A DNA stretch of 62,740 nucleotides, filler included, from Choristocarpus tenellus KU-1152 (Eukaryota > Protista > Phaeophyceae), in NCBI GenBank assembly GCA_964200185.2. It is 8 parts of 8 records of this genome, joined end to end, with 100 filler letters (N's around TTAATTAATTAA, not from the genome) between each part and the next. Parts side by side here need not be neighbours in the genome. Positions count along the whole stretch, not along the records: positions 1 to 14,700 come from CAXNAD020001133.1; 7 more parts are not named here. One strand, 5' to 3'. Of this stretch, positions 1 through 14,040 are shown piece after piece; position 1 is the first letter of the stretch; the number at the start of each line of letters is the position of its first letter. The position numbers and the translations under genes were made by a program. Under the pieces are notes generated by a model that had not been told where the DNA came from, did not search any database, and was given only the letters and a program-made list of their open reading frames with translations.

Positions 1-204
1 TATACCTTATTTTGTGCATACGAGATTATGTGTTGAATTGAGTCCATGTGATGTAACTAATGAGATAGTACATCTGGATTATATATGGGATTATGTATGG
101 GTCTTTATTTTGCATTCAAATACTTCGACATAACCGTTGACTTAGGTAGGAAGCACAAATAATAATAAACAAGCAATGAGAAGACACCCCACAAAGGTCA
201 CAGT
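1..204. repeat. Dispersed repeat family C, copy 1 (unclassified)
   Basis: Aligns by eye with ~18203-18388 (shared taatgagatagtacatc.ggatta, gcacaaataataataaa, gagaagaca....acaaaggtcac). Confidence 0.75.
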
Positions 205-1370
205 GACCACATATATGCACCATATTGCAGTCCTCAACTGACTGGAATATCCTACCACTGAAATTACTCAAACTCTCTGAAGTCGAGGGGAAAGATATAT
301 GAAAGAATTCTCAGTACCAACACGATTTACCAAAATGATCTACTTGTAAAAGGGTGTAATTCATCATGTGAAACCCTTGTTGCTCACTTCACCAGTAGGC
401 TCACCAAACACGGCAGCAGTGATGAGCAATATCAATGTCTCGAAGACAGACAACAAAAATGTGTTTGGGTGTCTTCTGGTTTCACTTCAACGCACAACCT
501 AAAACAGAATAAATCAATCCAGGTCCGGAATATCCTAAAAAATGTGAGGAATCGAGAAGTAATAGAGATAGAATGCTCTCTGTGAGATTTTCCACTAAGC
601 AAAAGAGAACAAACAATCCGAACCAGTTTCTGCCACAAAAAAGAAGACCAAACCAAAGAAAATAACATTGAGACCACAGCAAATATTTACGCTGCAACGA
701 AAGCAAAAGAGAACCAATCGTATTCAGTTCCAGAAGGAGAGGAAACAACACACACCGAGGGCGTCGTAGGAAAACCAAGGAACCGAAGCCAGGTAAACAC
801 TTTACTGAAGTCATGGAGCGCTTATGACGGGTATATTGATGAAGGGCATATTATATATAAATGTCAACATTCGTTAACTAAGAGTAGCAGTAATGGCCTT
901 GGGTATACAACTTATTATGCCTTATCCTTATCAGTTCAGCATTTTTGATGGGGATTATGGGGTTGTTATTGCAGAGGTCTAGAGGTCTAGGGGTCTAGAC
1001 TCGAAAATGCTTTGGTGACATCTTGACCCACCCCTCCACAATTTCAAAAATCAAGAATCATGTAACACAACGGATATTATCAACGCCTAGAAAGGTGGGT
1101 GAAATATGATGTCCAAAAACAAAAAGGCAAAATGGAAAAACCAAGATGGTATAGGGTCGATTACCTTTTTGAAATTTTGGACAACAGTAGTGACATACCA
1201 TCTTACACTGGTACATCATAGTGGGTACTGCGTTCAAGTTTAGCCCCGTGCTTACCGCCGAGCAGTTGTAATATATCTTTTGACCTCTCGGGTCGGTGTG
1301 GTCAGGTTGCAACAGCCTAGCCAACGTTTCGTTGTTCAATCTGGAATGTTCCAAGGAGGGAGCGATTGCA

Positions 1371-4300
1371 ATGGATCCCCAACAAGGAACACTAGCGTCT
1401 TGCAAATCCTCGCAAGAAGATCCCCCAGGAATGTCGCGCGAGCTTGCGAATGAGATCGATGGTGGTGAGTATGCAAACGTGAAGGTAAAAGGAACGGCGA
1501 AGACAATTTTCTTGGACGATGTGGAGACATATTTTTGTCTTGGTTGATCAAGGGATAAAATAGGATCTAAGAAAGAAGGTGGCGTTACCATGTCTGTTCC
1601 TAAAATCGATATAGCTGCTTCCCTTCCTGTATCCTACGGTTGTCCTCACATCTCTTCGTCGCTCCCCCTTGCACTTCCTCCAGACGACGAATGCATTGTC
1701 GACCCCGTGGAATCAGTTGAGGGCTCTCCTGCTCCTATAGTCATCGGTACCATGCCCCCAGCAGAAACTGGAACAACGGGGGTGAGTCCTTTTGTGAATA
1801 AGCCAATACCCTTCCCAGCTCTATTTGGATAAGGAGATAAACACACTTACAAGATCGTTGCAACCTAGACCGTAACCGAGACCACGTGTTCCCACATCCT
1901 TAGAATTCCTTGTTAGGATATCACAACATTGCCACGACCCCGATACTATTCCTAGTAAACATTTCCCTGGGAAATATCAGATTATGGGGAAGCATGGTAA
2001 CGTCCAGGCAAGCATGATCCCTTCCTGACAACTCCCTGCCACCGTTCTCCTGACGGTGTCGATCGTTTTCCATGCCCTCTCTCCCATACGAAGTCAAAGT
2101 CACCAACCCTCAGCAGAGCCTTAGAGGGAAGCTCCGGCAGGCACTCATTGCCCCTGGATCAGATCCATGAGCTGTGTATCACCAAAGAGGAGGATGTGGT
2201 GAGAACTGGGGGTGCATGCAAATACACTCGCGCTTCTCTCTCTGGCATATATACGACATACACTGTACAATTACACCTGTGCTGAAGTCTGTCCAACTGA
2301 CAAGGACGAATGTCTCCTTTGAGTGTAGATAAGAAGTTATGTATAAAAGGTGCTACCTATGGAACGAGCCCTCTGCCATACAACCTTGTAGATAAAGCTC
2401 ACAATGCCCAAGGAGCCTGATTGGTTGGGGTCAATGGCACTCCCAGATGATATTGAGGTAAATAACTATAAAGGAAATGTCTCAAACTGTGTTTTAATTT
2501 GGAAAAACCTATTAGAAAGAGAGGACTACCATATCTCCCTATCTATATTGTTGGCCCATGATTTTTGTACATGAAATAGAGATAATCACAGGTGTACCCT
2601 CCCTTGTCCAGGCCCTTGACAAACTCTGCAAGGAAGCAGAAGCAGAGGGTGGGTCAGGTCTGGGAGCCCTCCCTGTGGAGTGGGTGGTGGACGTTGCAGA
2701 CCAAAGCAACCAGTGGTTCGTTGGCACAGCATACTCCTACAATGGTGACTTTGATTTGCACTAAGTGGAGATTTAAGGGATGGAGGTGGTGGCGGCAAAT
2801 GAAATATCTGGGGTTGTTTTTTGGGTGGTCTGCTGTCAAAATCTGAAAAATCCCAAAAGGCTTCGGTTGGAAGATGGTTGATTGACTGCATGGTATGACG
2901 ATACTGATGATAATGTAAGATGTGCCCTGAAAATACCTTCAGTGATTCACTGTAGTGATCACACCATACTGCTGACAAGGTTCAGACCTGAGTTATTTCA
3001 CTGTAGGGAACAGTAAGGGAAAACTCTTCAGTTTTCAGAGCAATGCATTGAAGGCAAGAGTGAGTTTCTGTGTGGGAAAAGATACGGAAGTAACCCTGCC
3101 ACCAACTCTGTGGCCCTTCCCTCCTCCCCCCCCACCCCATCTTTCTCGTAACTTTGCAGATGAGGTTCAGTCTGTATATGTTATGGTCCCTGATCGTTAC
3201 TCTCCTGTATGGCAAGGCAGTGTGCCTCTCATTTCCTGGAAGCTGCGCCTTATGGAGTGCTGTGATACCTCATCGTCAGCATTGTTTAAGCAGGTGGTGA
3301 GGGAGAGTGCCATGGAGGTGAACTGGAGGGTCAGGTGCTCTAAAGAGGTGTGTGCATGAACAGATTGGAATTTGGGAGACAGGAGGTTGTGGGGTGTGTG
3401 CATGTGTGCAATCGGGAGCGCTAGGTAGATGGAGGATGTTGTGCATGTTGTTGTGCTGTGGTGTTAGTTAAAAAAAAAAATCCTGAACTGTATGTAGTGC
3501 ATGTTGTTTGTTTACCACTGCCTACCTTGAGCTTTCTCATGATCTTACATGCAAACATATGCGCATCAACATGTCAAATAACATGGACGGGGTGTGAATG
3601 GGGTGCACTGTACAGTCCAAAGCAGTACCTGATGCTAAGGAGGTTGCTGAGGATGGTTTGCCCAGGTTGCTTGTGCCAGCCAGAATCGTAATATTTCTGC
3701 CCATGGGAAGCTGTGCCATTGTTGAGGAAGAGAAGCATGGGCAAGATGGAGGCAAGGGGGGAGCACCTTGGCTGGTGAAGCTGGATGCATATCTCGAGTT
3801 GGTAGAGTGTGGTAAGACAGGGTAGGGGAGGAAGAGGTAGAATAACAGGGGAGAGGACGATGCTCTGGGGTGACACCTATGTAGTTGTCCAGTCATTTTT
3901 CTAACCTTAGCACCTGCTCCAGCTTTGGCAGAAATCTAGGTCACAAATCCTATCCATTATGGGATTAGCCAGGCTGTTACTTCTGGCCTCCTATCTTTAG
4001 TTTCTATTGTTGCCTTGTCCCCTTCTCCTCAACTAGTGCCCCTCTTGTGATGCATGCACCCCTAGTCAAACCTTTTTGCTGAGATCTTACTAGTTTGATC
4101 TATTCACCTCTCTGTTTCTGACCATTTTTTGGGGGGGGGCGGGGGGATTGTTCCCGGGTTGGCAATCACCATGCTGTTGCCATTGTATGTGTGTGTATGG
4201 GGGTGGGGGCGTGTGTACTGATCTGTGTACCGATGTCACATATGTTCTTTTGTGGATAACATGTGGCAAACAGAGTCTGAAGGCCCTGCAGAGGATGCCT

Positions 4301-7149
4301 TTTATGGACTGGTTGAGGAAGGAACTGTGGGGTACAACCTTGAAAGCGTGGGATGGCAGGAGCATAGGGTGAGCCATATTGTGACAAGTTAACCCTGGAG
4401 CAAGGATAGGGGATGAGGCAAGAGCTGGGGCTAGAGCTGGTGTTTTGGGTTGGAACCGGAGGGCGAGGGGGGTGTCTGGGTGAGGAGATGGTTGATGTAG
4501 ATTAGTATGGGGGGGAGGGGGGACTGATTGCGTCTACCTGACTCCTCCCTTGCATATTGCAAACTGAACAATCACTGCAAACACGAAGGGAAGCAATGTA
4601 GGTTGCTCGGAATGTGTACTTGCCTAAGGGGTGTCTTGTTGAAGGCCCTCTCCCCTGTCTCAACCCAAATGTATTCACCACGGTGTTCCTAGTCCCCCCT
4701 CCCTGCTCCATCAATAGTCTCATGTTTGTACTGTCTCTGCTTTGATAATGTGCCTTTGGTGTTTCATCTTTGGCTATGAATTAATAGCAGGGGTTGTGGG
4801 AGCAAGGGCAGCAGGATGAGGACTGCGAGCAACGATCTGGCCATGGCAGTACTATCTTACCTCTGCCGGAGATATTTGAGTGGGGTGAGGTGGATGACAT
4901 TGAGGACGATGACTGCAAGCATGGGCGCAGGGTGCTCAGGGAAGAAATGGGTGACATGTCCCCTGTGCAGGTATTGCAAGGGCTAGGTGCTGAGATGAGG
5001 TGAGCACTTTTGGAGAGAATGTGTATGTTTAGGTGGCAGGGGTAGGTTAGGGTGGTGAAGGTGAAGAAACAGTTTTGTCCATGGTAGGGGTAGGTGGATA
5101 GGTCACACTATTGGATTGTCAATTTCTGGCTTATAGTCTTGTGGAAGTGGTTTTTCATGGGTATTGCACTGGTATGCAACAGTACAGCAATTGGTGCGTT
5201 AATGGTTTCCAGGCCTACTTTTGTTGTCGGTTGAGTGTATGTAGTGTTGTGTGCACTTGGTGCTTGGAAGGCGTATGATGGTTAGTGTTAGGGTTTACTA
5301 GTTCACATCTGGGATGTTGATTCGTGTGGGTTTATATGGGAGTGGCACAGCCGGCCAGCCAATGACACATATATATATTTTATTTGTTGCTTCAATCATG
5401 TTCATAAATCTCCAGTTGTTACATCTATCCTATATTTCAGTTGTTTCTCAGTACTCCAAAGTGCCAGTGAAACAGACAGAATGACTGAATGTGGTATATT
5501 GGCCTGGGCAACAGAGATACAATGAGACTGGCACTGGACCTTAGGGATCGACTTCTGAAAGACCATCTGTGCATACTCAAACACCTCCGAAGGTTCATCA
5601 TGGATGGTGTTCTGGTGAGAAGGGGATGGGTGCATGAGCAGTGTGGCATGTATCTTCGTATGGGGTATTCAGCTGTTGGAGTTGTGATGTTCCCATTTGA
5701 TGTGTGATAGAGAGCTCTGGTTGGTCTTCAGAGTTCAGGCAGGTTTCTATAGCGGTAGTTGTACTTTTCCTCTGCTGTACCACCGCGTGTGTAGTATGTA
5801 GAACGTAATACTGGTACTGTAGTGTGTGGTGGTACTGGTACTGTAGTGTGCATAACGTTGAGGACTTATAGCCTAATGAATGATGCAGATATGTTTGTGA
5901 CACTCAGAAGCGGGAATCGTCTTTGTCCCAAGATCAGATTGGTCCAAATAAGAGGAATTAGTTTTTTTTTTGTCAGACCAGTACCAGACAAATGCAAACG
6001 GTCCATTCTGTGGGCCAGACCTGGTCCAATATTTTCTGACATCCCCGGAGCAGGTCTACCAAGTATTGCAGTGGTTCACCTTGCGTGCTGCCCTGGTTCT
6101 AATGTTTTTACCTGGGCCAGGGTTTGTCAGAGATTGTAACCTGACCGGGCCGTGGACTGCATGTTAATACGCACGGCGAAGCCCATGTTATGGGGACAGG
6201 AGATGAAATTGACTGAATTGATAATTAAGTTGGAGTAAGACATTTATTCCCACATGTATTTGGGAGAATTTGGCGGCAATCCCAACACATTGGTCCACCC
6301 GGTCTGCTTAATATACTTTTTTTCGAGGGCAACCAACTCTTTCAACATGGTCAGACCGCTGGATGGCTTGGTGACAGTATGTTTTTAATATATGACTTGC
6401 CGAGGTTTGTTAGGAGCCAATATATCTTAGAGGGTAGAGCCGCGTCCATTTGGGGGCCAAAATCCAATTTTACGATTTTGATAAAAATTTTCCTATCTTG
6501 TTTGTTAGGAGATGTCAATATCCATGTTCTGGACGTACCTTTTCATAACGTATGCATTTTACCTACTCCGAAACATTTTGGAGTAGGTAAAACGTCATCA
6601 AAAATACATTGAGAAGCCAAGTCCCAAATGGTCAAACAGGGCAAAACTCGTGCCCTCTAAGATACTTTCACTCTAAGAGATTTCAACATGGCTGAGCTGT
6701 GGGCCGGGCCAGGCTGGGCCAGTACCAACATGTTCTAACAGGGGTGGTCCAGGGTCGTTAAATGGCCATGGTGCAGACCTTGAGCTAACTGCCCAGCCTG
6801 ATGAGAAGTCCTGAAAAATATCTGTTGGTAATAGTTGCTGGGACGCGCATGGACATGTTCGGAGTAGGTAATCAATCCTATGACAGCAATCCACTATTGG
6901 TATTGGATGATAGATAAGGCGTATCGCAGATGTGCCTTGTTGTAGTCCCAGCAGTTGTCCTTAGCAGTTTTCTCAGTATTTTTTTTCTTTTTCTAAGTAG
7001 TACGTTTCTTGTTGGTGTATTCAAAGGAGTTTTCCGGTATGAAATACAGACTCAAAGGTTGTGGTTTTTTATTCTTTACCTTACGTTTTTTTTGTTTTTT
7101 TGTTTGTTTTACCTACGTGACAGCATCTGCAAGATTCACTGATGTGGGC

Positions 7150-7185
<36 letters not shown>

Positions 7186-10100
7186 TATTTAATCAGGATC
7201 ACCCTTATGTTTACTATTCCATCCTCTTTGTATACAATAGACTAAGTGGATGCATACATACGTTTATAGTGTGTGGTGTGCATTGCTGCCCCCTTGTGCT
7301 TTTCCACCCAGTCTGTATGATGCCGGTGGGCGGGCATGGCCCACTGGGTTACTCTATTGTGGAGACCAAGCAACAACACACCAAAGGACACACTCTATTC
7401 TATTATATCAACAAAGACATACTCTAGTGGCATGATCATAATCATTCAGGGGTCATTGAGCAACTATTGCTATCCATGGTTCCTCTGGTGGTGTGATGCC
7501 TTGTTGGCCAAGATGAGAATGCAAGAGGTTAAATTTATAGTTCTTAACAGGACAAAGGGATTATGGATCCAGTGTAGGTCAAGGTTTCTTGGTCTGATAA
7601 CAGGCCCAAAAGGCACGGCTAGACGGGATGCCCAATTATCGTCTGGGGTGGACACTCAGCAGTTGGGAGGCGAAGAGTCCTTTTCAGAAAAAAAAAATGT
7701 TTTTTGCGATGTTTTTGCGATTGTTGGTGGTGCAGGCGGACCATCGTGAGAGTCCAGTGATGCAGCAGGGGGCAGGCAGGTGACTGTAGGAGGAATTGTA
7801 ACATTCAGTGGTGCAAGGATAACTGAGATATGAAGGTATCCCGAAGGTACTGTGAAGGTATTGTGAGGGTATTGATGCATTGGTGAGAAGGCTAAGTCCC
7901 CTTTGACACGTTTGTATGTTTGGATTGTCCGGTGGTGATTCTGTGCAAAGATCCTGGGCAAAGTTGTTGGAATGTTATCCTTTGGTGGTAGCTGTTCTTG
8001 AATACAGCGATCAGGACGTTGACATCATGTCTGCAGGAGGTGGGAAACGTGATGAGGCCGAGGTTTGGAGACCTAGAATCTTCAAGGTACAGGTGGAGGG
8101 CAATGATTATTCAAGGTAGGAAAGAAGCCATGGACTAGTAATAGTAAGTAAGTGGAAGCGGAATGACCAGGATAAAAGGCGTTGATTGTTTCAGGTGTGG
8201 CAAGATGGGCCACATGAAACACTCTTGTCCCGAGATAAGGAGAGCAGAAATACAAGGTAATAGAGCACCAGGTCAGAGTATTTTCCAGGGAGGGTGTTTG
8301 ATACAGAATTGCAGACTTGGCATTTGATAGGCATGCTGTTGTTGGGCATGAAGAGTCTCAGTGTCCCAATGGTATTTGTAGCTATCCCTATGCACATCTT
8401 GTAAGTGGGATTGAAGGACTAGAGCAATGCTATCAACAGCATATTGGTCTTGACAATCGATGATGTAGTCCTACAGGCAGTGCATCAACTCCTGCTGTAC
8501 TCTAGTCTTCATAGGTGGGACTACGATGTTGTGTGTATTGCTCTAGTCTTTCAATCCCACTTACAATACCTTTGTGTCAATGTATCATCTCCAATGCCTT
8601 ACAAAATTCAGAGGCTGGGGATCTGCGCAGGATAATCTGGAGGCCATCACCCCACTTGTTGCACAACTGTTGTCTGCCCTGTGGGTGGAACAGCGGTATC
8701 TCAATGTTTGATAGTATAAAAGAGGTTACGGCGATCAAATCCCAGCTGGACCGCCTTCCTGACTCCCTACAGTGGGAGGATGAAGATAGAGTGAGAGAGG
8801 GGCCCAGGGACGGGCTCAAGGGGAAATGTGTAGATTAAGCTGACTGCTCGGGGGGAGCAATATGATTAGTGAGGTGATCACCGCCAGGTTATACTGGGAA
8901 GGTTCCTAGCCTCTGATCTTTGCGCTAAGCACTGAGATACCACTATGCCATTGGGACAGACGGTTGTTGCATGGCCGTCTGCACTGTTGGAGCAGTGTTG
9001 TGTAGTGTGTAAATGTTTGAACAGATCAAGTACTCTTGAGTGGTACGTTTTTTGTTAGTAATTTGTGGCGTGTCAAGGTTGACAGGGTTAGGGTTAGGGT
9101 GTGGTATCTCATGCGCTGCAATTTTTTGTTCTGAGGCAAAGCTGACTCTTGAAAGTCTGAGCAGGGGATGGCAGAAGTTGTGAGGAGGGCAACCTCATCG
9201 AGACGCCTCTACACAGTGGGTGTCTTGAGGACTCGGATGGAATTAAAAATAAAAATACGTGGAATTGAGGATGTTGAGTCGAGCGCGTTTTGTAAAGTGA
9301 GGCTCGAGCCGAATCAATTGAAAAGAAAAAGAAGATGTGATGGCAGTGGGTGGACTCTTCCACACCTTCAACCGACTGTTCTGTCTTAGTCCTGATGCAC
9401 GCTCTGTTCTGTAATGTTTGGTGTGAATGGGGCACAGGAAGATGGGCAGAGGCTACTAGAAGCAGCTGATGTGTCCAGTGTAAAGAGGTTAGAGGCTCAG
9501 GTGAGAAGAGGAGTGGAGCAGTGGGGACAGTCAAAGAGGCAGTGCTTACAAATGGAATGTGAGCCTGCGATTGAGAAAATATAGTACTTCTTGGAGTGTG
9601 TTGTTGGTGTACTTGAAGTGCGTTGTGTACAACCCTTTGCTCTATGAGGATGGGTCCAAAGAGGCTGGAGAAATCTGAGGCCAGAATTGACATTTTTCAT
9701 GTTGTCTTTGACCCTCCAGCCTCCACCTTGCAGACTCTGCTCAACCTAGCACTTCCCACCACCACCCCTGAAACAGTATGAACCAGTATTTTTTGTTGAT
9801 TGTGTGTATCACCAAAGAGTTCAACCCCAGTGGTCCTCGCTACTCACTGCCAATGCGAGCCTGAGTTCACTCCACTGTCTTGCTGTTTCAATTCTGTTTC
9901 TCACAGCAAAAGAGTTTATTTCATTATCTTTATAATAATAATAATAATAATTATTATTATTATTATTATCACCATTATTACATGAATACCTCATTTCGCC
10001 TTTGTGTAACTGACTGCCATGATATGTTTTTCAGTGTGCCTCTGATAAGGACAGGGTCCTCTTTGAGACATCTGCTCTCGAAGGAATCATTGATCACATG

Positions 10101-13100
10101 GTGCTCAGGCTTGATTCAGCCATAGAAGAGCCTGCTCAGGCAGGGGAAGATTCAGTGGCAGGCGGAGAGGATAAAGTCACAGCGAGATCAGGGCAAGACC
10201 CTAGGCAGTTGTCTTTGGAAGCACTGACTAAAGAGAACAAGGTTTTGATACTTACTTGCCCTTCAAGACCTTTGAAGCCACCCTCGCCTCCACGTTTTTT
10301 GCTCCATTGTAGCTCTATTCCAAACAAAGAGATACTCTCCCTCCATGACTGATGCAGCCGTAGGCACATTGAAATGCAGACTGTACTCCTTCTCCTCATT
10401 CACTAGGCCTTGCCCGCCCTCCCTTACTGCAATGTTATTAGCCAATCAATTACATGGAACACATAGACTGGAACAAGTTACTTGCCTTTCTCATTAATCC
10501 AGTGCGTGCTATTTGGGTGACGATATCGTATGCAATGGATAGGGAAGGGGATACCATTTGGTTATTTTACTCGTAGATGTGAGTGTGTGTGTGATATCGA
10601 GTGAGAGCCCCTTACGTTGGAGTTGGTGTGTTGGAAAAGAACTTGATGATTACTTCTGCAGGGTTAATTACTCAATACATGTGTCTGTGTGTGTGTGTCA
10701 AAGTTAGCATCATGTACAGCAATCACAGCCATTATTGTCTTTACTAACTGCAAAATGGTAGTAAGAGCGTTAGGCACCATGGTGATAGATGCTTCACCAA
10801 GGGTGTGCCCTTCCCAGTGAATGGTCAATTGCACCAAGACTCTTGCTGGTTCGAGTCTTACTTCTGATCACCGTCCCTGAAAAAAAGGCATGGTTTTGAT
10901 ACTTTTATGCAATGACATTTCTCAGCCGGAGAGTCATCCCTTCCCCTACTAGCCCAACGTTAACATTACCCTCTGCCAGTGTAAATGCAATAGGTTGCAT
11001 ACGACCAAGATACCCTTACTTTACTTCCCTCCTCTCATCGTCCCACTGTTGTCTTTATTCCTCAATCCTGTGCATACACTGGGCTCCTCTCACGTGCCCT
11101 ATCATGCGTGCATTGTGACTCTTCTCATTCTCACCGTACACTGTTAGATACTGGAGAGGGAGGTCCAGTCGGCAGCATTATATTCCCGTAAGATGTCTTC
11201 TAGAGTGATGGAGCTGCAGTGTGAGAATGCTCGCCTTCTTTCTACGGCGGCTGGCTCACCAATCAGGTGCCGGGTGTTCTAGTCAGTTGCACTACCTTTT
11301 TAGGTTGTGGTTGTGTTGTTGTAAAACTTTATGCTTTATGATTTATTTTTTTGTAGAGGTTGGTGTGGTACGCAAGCAGTCTAGTTAGTGTCATGTACTC
11401 TCTGGCATCTTACTTGGGTACTCTGTGGTAGTTCTAGACTTTTTGAAGTGTGTCATGGATGATGGAAGGTAGTAGTTTACCTTGAAAGGCACTGTTGAGT
11501 GTGTGTTGTGGAGGACATGATGTGATGGTGTACTGCATGGATTGCACTGGTGAACGTTTTCGTGCTTCATTTTGCAACTTGAGTTCTTCTTGGAATGGCG
11601 GAAGCCTTTTTTCAGGTTCTGACGAAAGGTTCAGATTTGTTGGCAGTTTCTTTTTTACACCTCCGTGCCCATGGACATGTGCTCTATCTGATTGAATTCA
11701 GAATGAGGGCAGAAGCCTCTCATGGCAGAGATCTTCCTCGTCTAGTGTGTGTTGATGGCAGTTCAGGAGTGGGAATGTCTTCAGCTACAATGTCCTAGTC
11801 CTAGCATGAAGCGTCAGGTTGCTGTGGCCCTTACTCAAGGGTCAAGGGTCAGGCAAGGCAGGCTCGCAACTGTGAACAGGAACAAACGTCACCATGACCC
11901 CCTCCCCCTCCCCCCCCCCCTTCCCCCCTCCCTATGTTGTCATCCCCGTTCTGATCCTTTCAGCAGTGCTGCCTCAACCCCAACGGGAAACACAGGCTGC
12001 ACACCTCATATGTCATTTAGCAGACACAGTACTGACTCCGTCTCCATGACAGACTCTCCACTAGGCCGTGGGACTGCAGGGGGGTGGTCAAGAAGATCCT
12101 CTGGAGGCACACAACGAAATGTGTACTCCGCTGGGTAAGTGCAAGGTGGTACTGTTTATTCTGTACTTTAGTGTACTTTTCACAACAAGTAGGAACGATG
12201 AACTTCAAAGTTCAACAAAATTAAACAGAGGACTGTTGCGCAGCATGCGTGCAATACGTTTGGGGGACTGTGACTGTGAGACTCTAGACCAGGGGAGAGT
12301 CCTGCTCGTGGTAATAATGTCGTACATAGTGAGGGTTTGCTAGAGAGACGGGTGTTAGATCGAGGGCAAGGTTTCATTAGAGAGACAGTCTCTCTGCGTA
12401 TTTTTCAAGCTTGAGGACAAGAAGGCGATGCTACTCCCGCTTAAGGTGTTCAAAAGAATATTCCATTGATAACTGAGCAATCCCTGGTCGATTTCTTCCC
12501 CTCCTCCTGCCCAACAATGTGTTGAAGAGTCAAAGCCATATCCAACCCTAGTATCACACCTTGTTTCATTTTTCTTTTCTTTTCACTGTTTAACCAATCG
12601 CCTTCCTATGCACTCCTCCTGAGGTTCTGCTCTAGTGATGGGGATGGACATTCTTGGTTAAAACATCGGGAGGGAAACCCTACTGTGTCCCCCGGAAAGA
12701 GTCCTCCTATGATGGAGAGAGAAGCCTCCCTTGGTACCTTTGAGCCCATGAGGCAAAAACAGCACAAGCATAGGCGAAGGATAAAGGGAGGCAATGGCAC
12801 AGGGGTGTGGGAGGGTGAGCAGGATCAGCCAGAGAGGGTAAAAAGGGTGGAATCTGAAGGAGTGGAAGGCGATGAAGTTGATACTATGCCACAGGCATCA
12901 ATCAAGGACAAAGAGCGGGAGGGTGAAAGAGTAAGGAGGGACATGTAAAGGTGTTGACATCAGGACATGTGTCTAAGCCAGCTGTTACAGTGGTTTTATG
13001 CAGTATGTCGTCAAGACTCACCTTGGCTAATATCTTTCTTATGGTGCTGTGTGTGCATGTGTATGCCTCAACTCTGCAACTCAGTTTCACATACCTTCTT

Positions 13101-14040
13101 CCATCTTGCAGTGAAGGGGTAGTGATGTGGCAGCATGTAGGTAGTGATGTATTTGGTGGACTGCCTCTTTTTTTTTGCATAGCCATGAAAGAGAACAGGT
13201 GGTTTTTTGTTGGTTTTCCTGGTCTGAAATCGTCTTTGATTCAGGAACTGAGAAGAATGTGGTTGGAAAACACTCGAACATTTTATGCACTTTCAAGTAC
13301 AAGTACTACTTCGAAATTGAGAGGTAGAGGCTGCACCTATTATAGCTCCAATATGGAGAAGTGACCTACTTGACAGCTGCGCTCTTATCTGATACTGTGC
13401 TTCCACTCTGGTCAGCTCTTGCACCCTAAATCCCATCCAATCTATGGCAGTGTGTGTGTGTGTGTGTGTGTGTGTAGGACATCAATCAAGCAAAACTCAG
13501 CAATTGCTCCTCAGGAAAAAGAAATGTGTGGAGTATCTCTGTGCAGTGCAGACTGCTGGAGGATCAACTAGGTAGAAACGACTGCGCTCTCAGAAGTGGA
13601 CATGAATATATGTGAAGGGGTTTGTGCAGGTTGATACTTTAAGATTGTTGCCCTCTGACTTGTGGATCGCCAAAATACAAATAGTGTATTTTGCAAAGTA
13701 CTTGGAGTACCTAGAAAGCGAGATAACGCTCTTTATTGATTGCATTTCTCGTGTTGCACCCTGGAGTATTCCATTATAATTTTTTTGTTAGGGGTTCATG
13801 CACGTATTGCCCAAGGGATATGGTCTGTGTCCATTGCTGCAAGTCTCTAGAAGCAACAGTTTACAGCTAAGTGATAAGGAAAGCAATCAATGGTGTGGGG
13901 GAGCATTGGCATCTGCCTGAAACAGAATAGTAAGTGGAGTGTATCTGCATGTTATGTGATTCAATGCTCTCAGTGAAGAGGGCACAGACAACGAAAAGCT
14001 CAGCACTCTTGTGCAAGGAACTAGTGCATGCATCCTCTGA
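1371..14040 (+). CDS. Multi-exon gene for an unrecognised protein (repeated N-terminal module, coiled-coil and Ser-rich C-terminal half)
   Basis: Two phase-consistent GT-AG exon chains: 2592-2744, 3160-3347, 3616-3811, 4274-4368, 4788-4999, 5515-5614; and 10126-10241, 11148-11266, 11964-12134, 12636-12922, 13478-13571, 13974-14040 (TGA). Probable 5' exons 1371-1464 (ATG) and 1685-1781. Linking exons around 1.8-2.6 kb and 5.6-10.1 kb are unresolved, so this could be two genes. Confidence 0.6.
6414..6673 (+). mobile_element. MITE family A copy (260 bp)
   Basis: Ends GAGCCAATATATCTTAGAGGG ... CCCTCTAAGATACTTTCACTC; flanks TAG/TAA (imperfect 3-bp TSD); non-coding. Confidence 0.85.
7150..7185. 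repeat. (GTA)12 microsatellite
   Basis: Direct reading. Confidence 0.95.
8399..8566 (+). ncRNA. Candidate pre-miRNA-like / foldback hairpin
   Basis: 8399-8428 TTGTAAGTGGGATTGAAGGACTAGAGCAAT is the reverse complement of 8537-8566 at 29/30 positions; the single difference is a G:U pair on the + strand. The inverted repeat is certain, the ncRNA function is inferred. Confidence 0.4.
9931..9970. repeat. (ATA)n/(TTA)n head-to-head microsatellite (palindromic AT tract)
   Basis: tataataataataataataattattattattattattatc. Confidence 0.9.
13450..13475. repeat. (GT)13 microsatellite directly before a predicted splice acceptor
   Basis: Direct reading; AG at 13476-13477. Confidence 0.9.

Noticed and set aside
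1296-1832. One + frame open across a single TGA (1545-1547), suggesting selenocysteine or readthrough
   Set aside because: A strong donor (G|GTGAGT at 1464) and acceptor (pyrimidine tract-CAG at 1684) place the TGA inside an in-phase intron.
14020-14040. C-terminal SACIL* as a CaaX prenylation motif
   Set aside because: The Cys is third from the end rather than fourth, and the last-exon frame is not certain.
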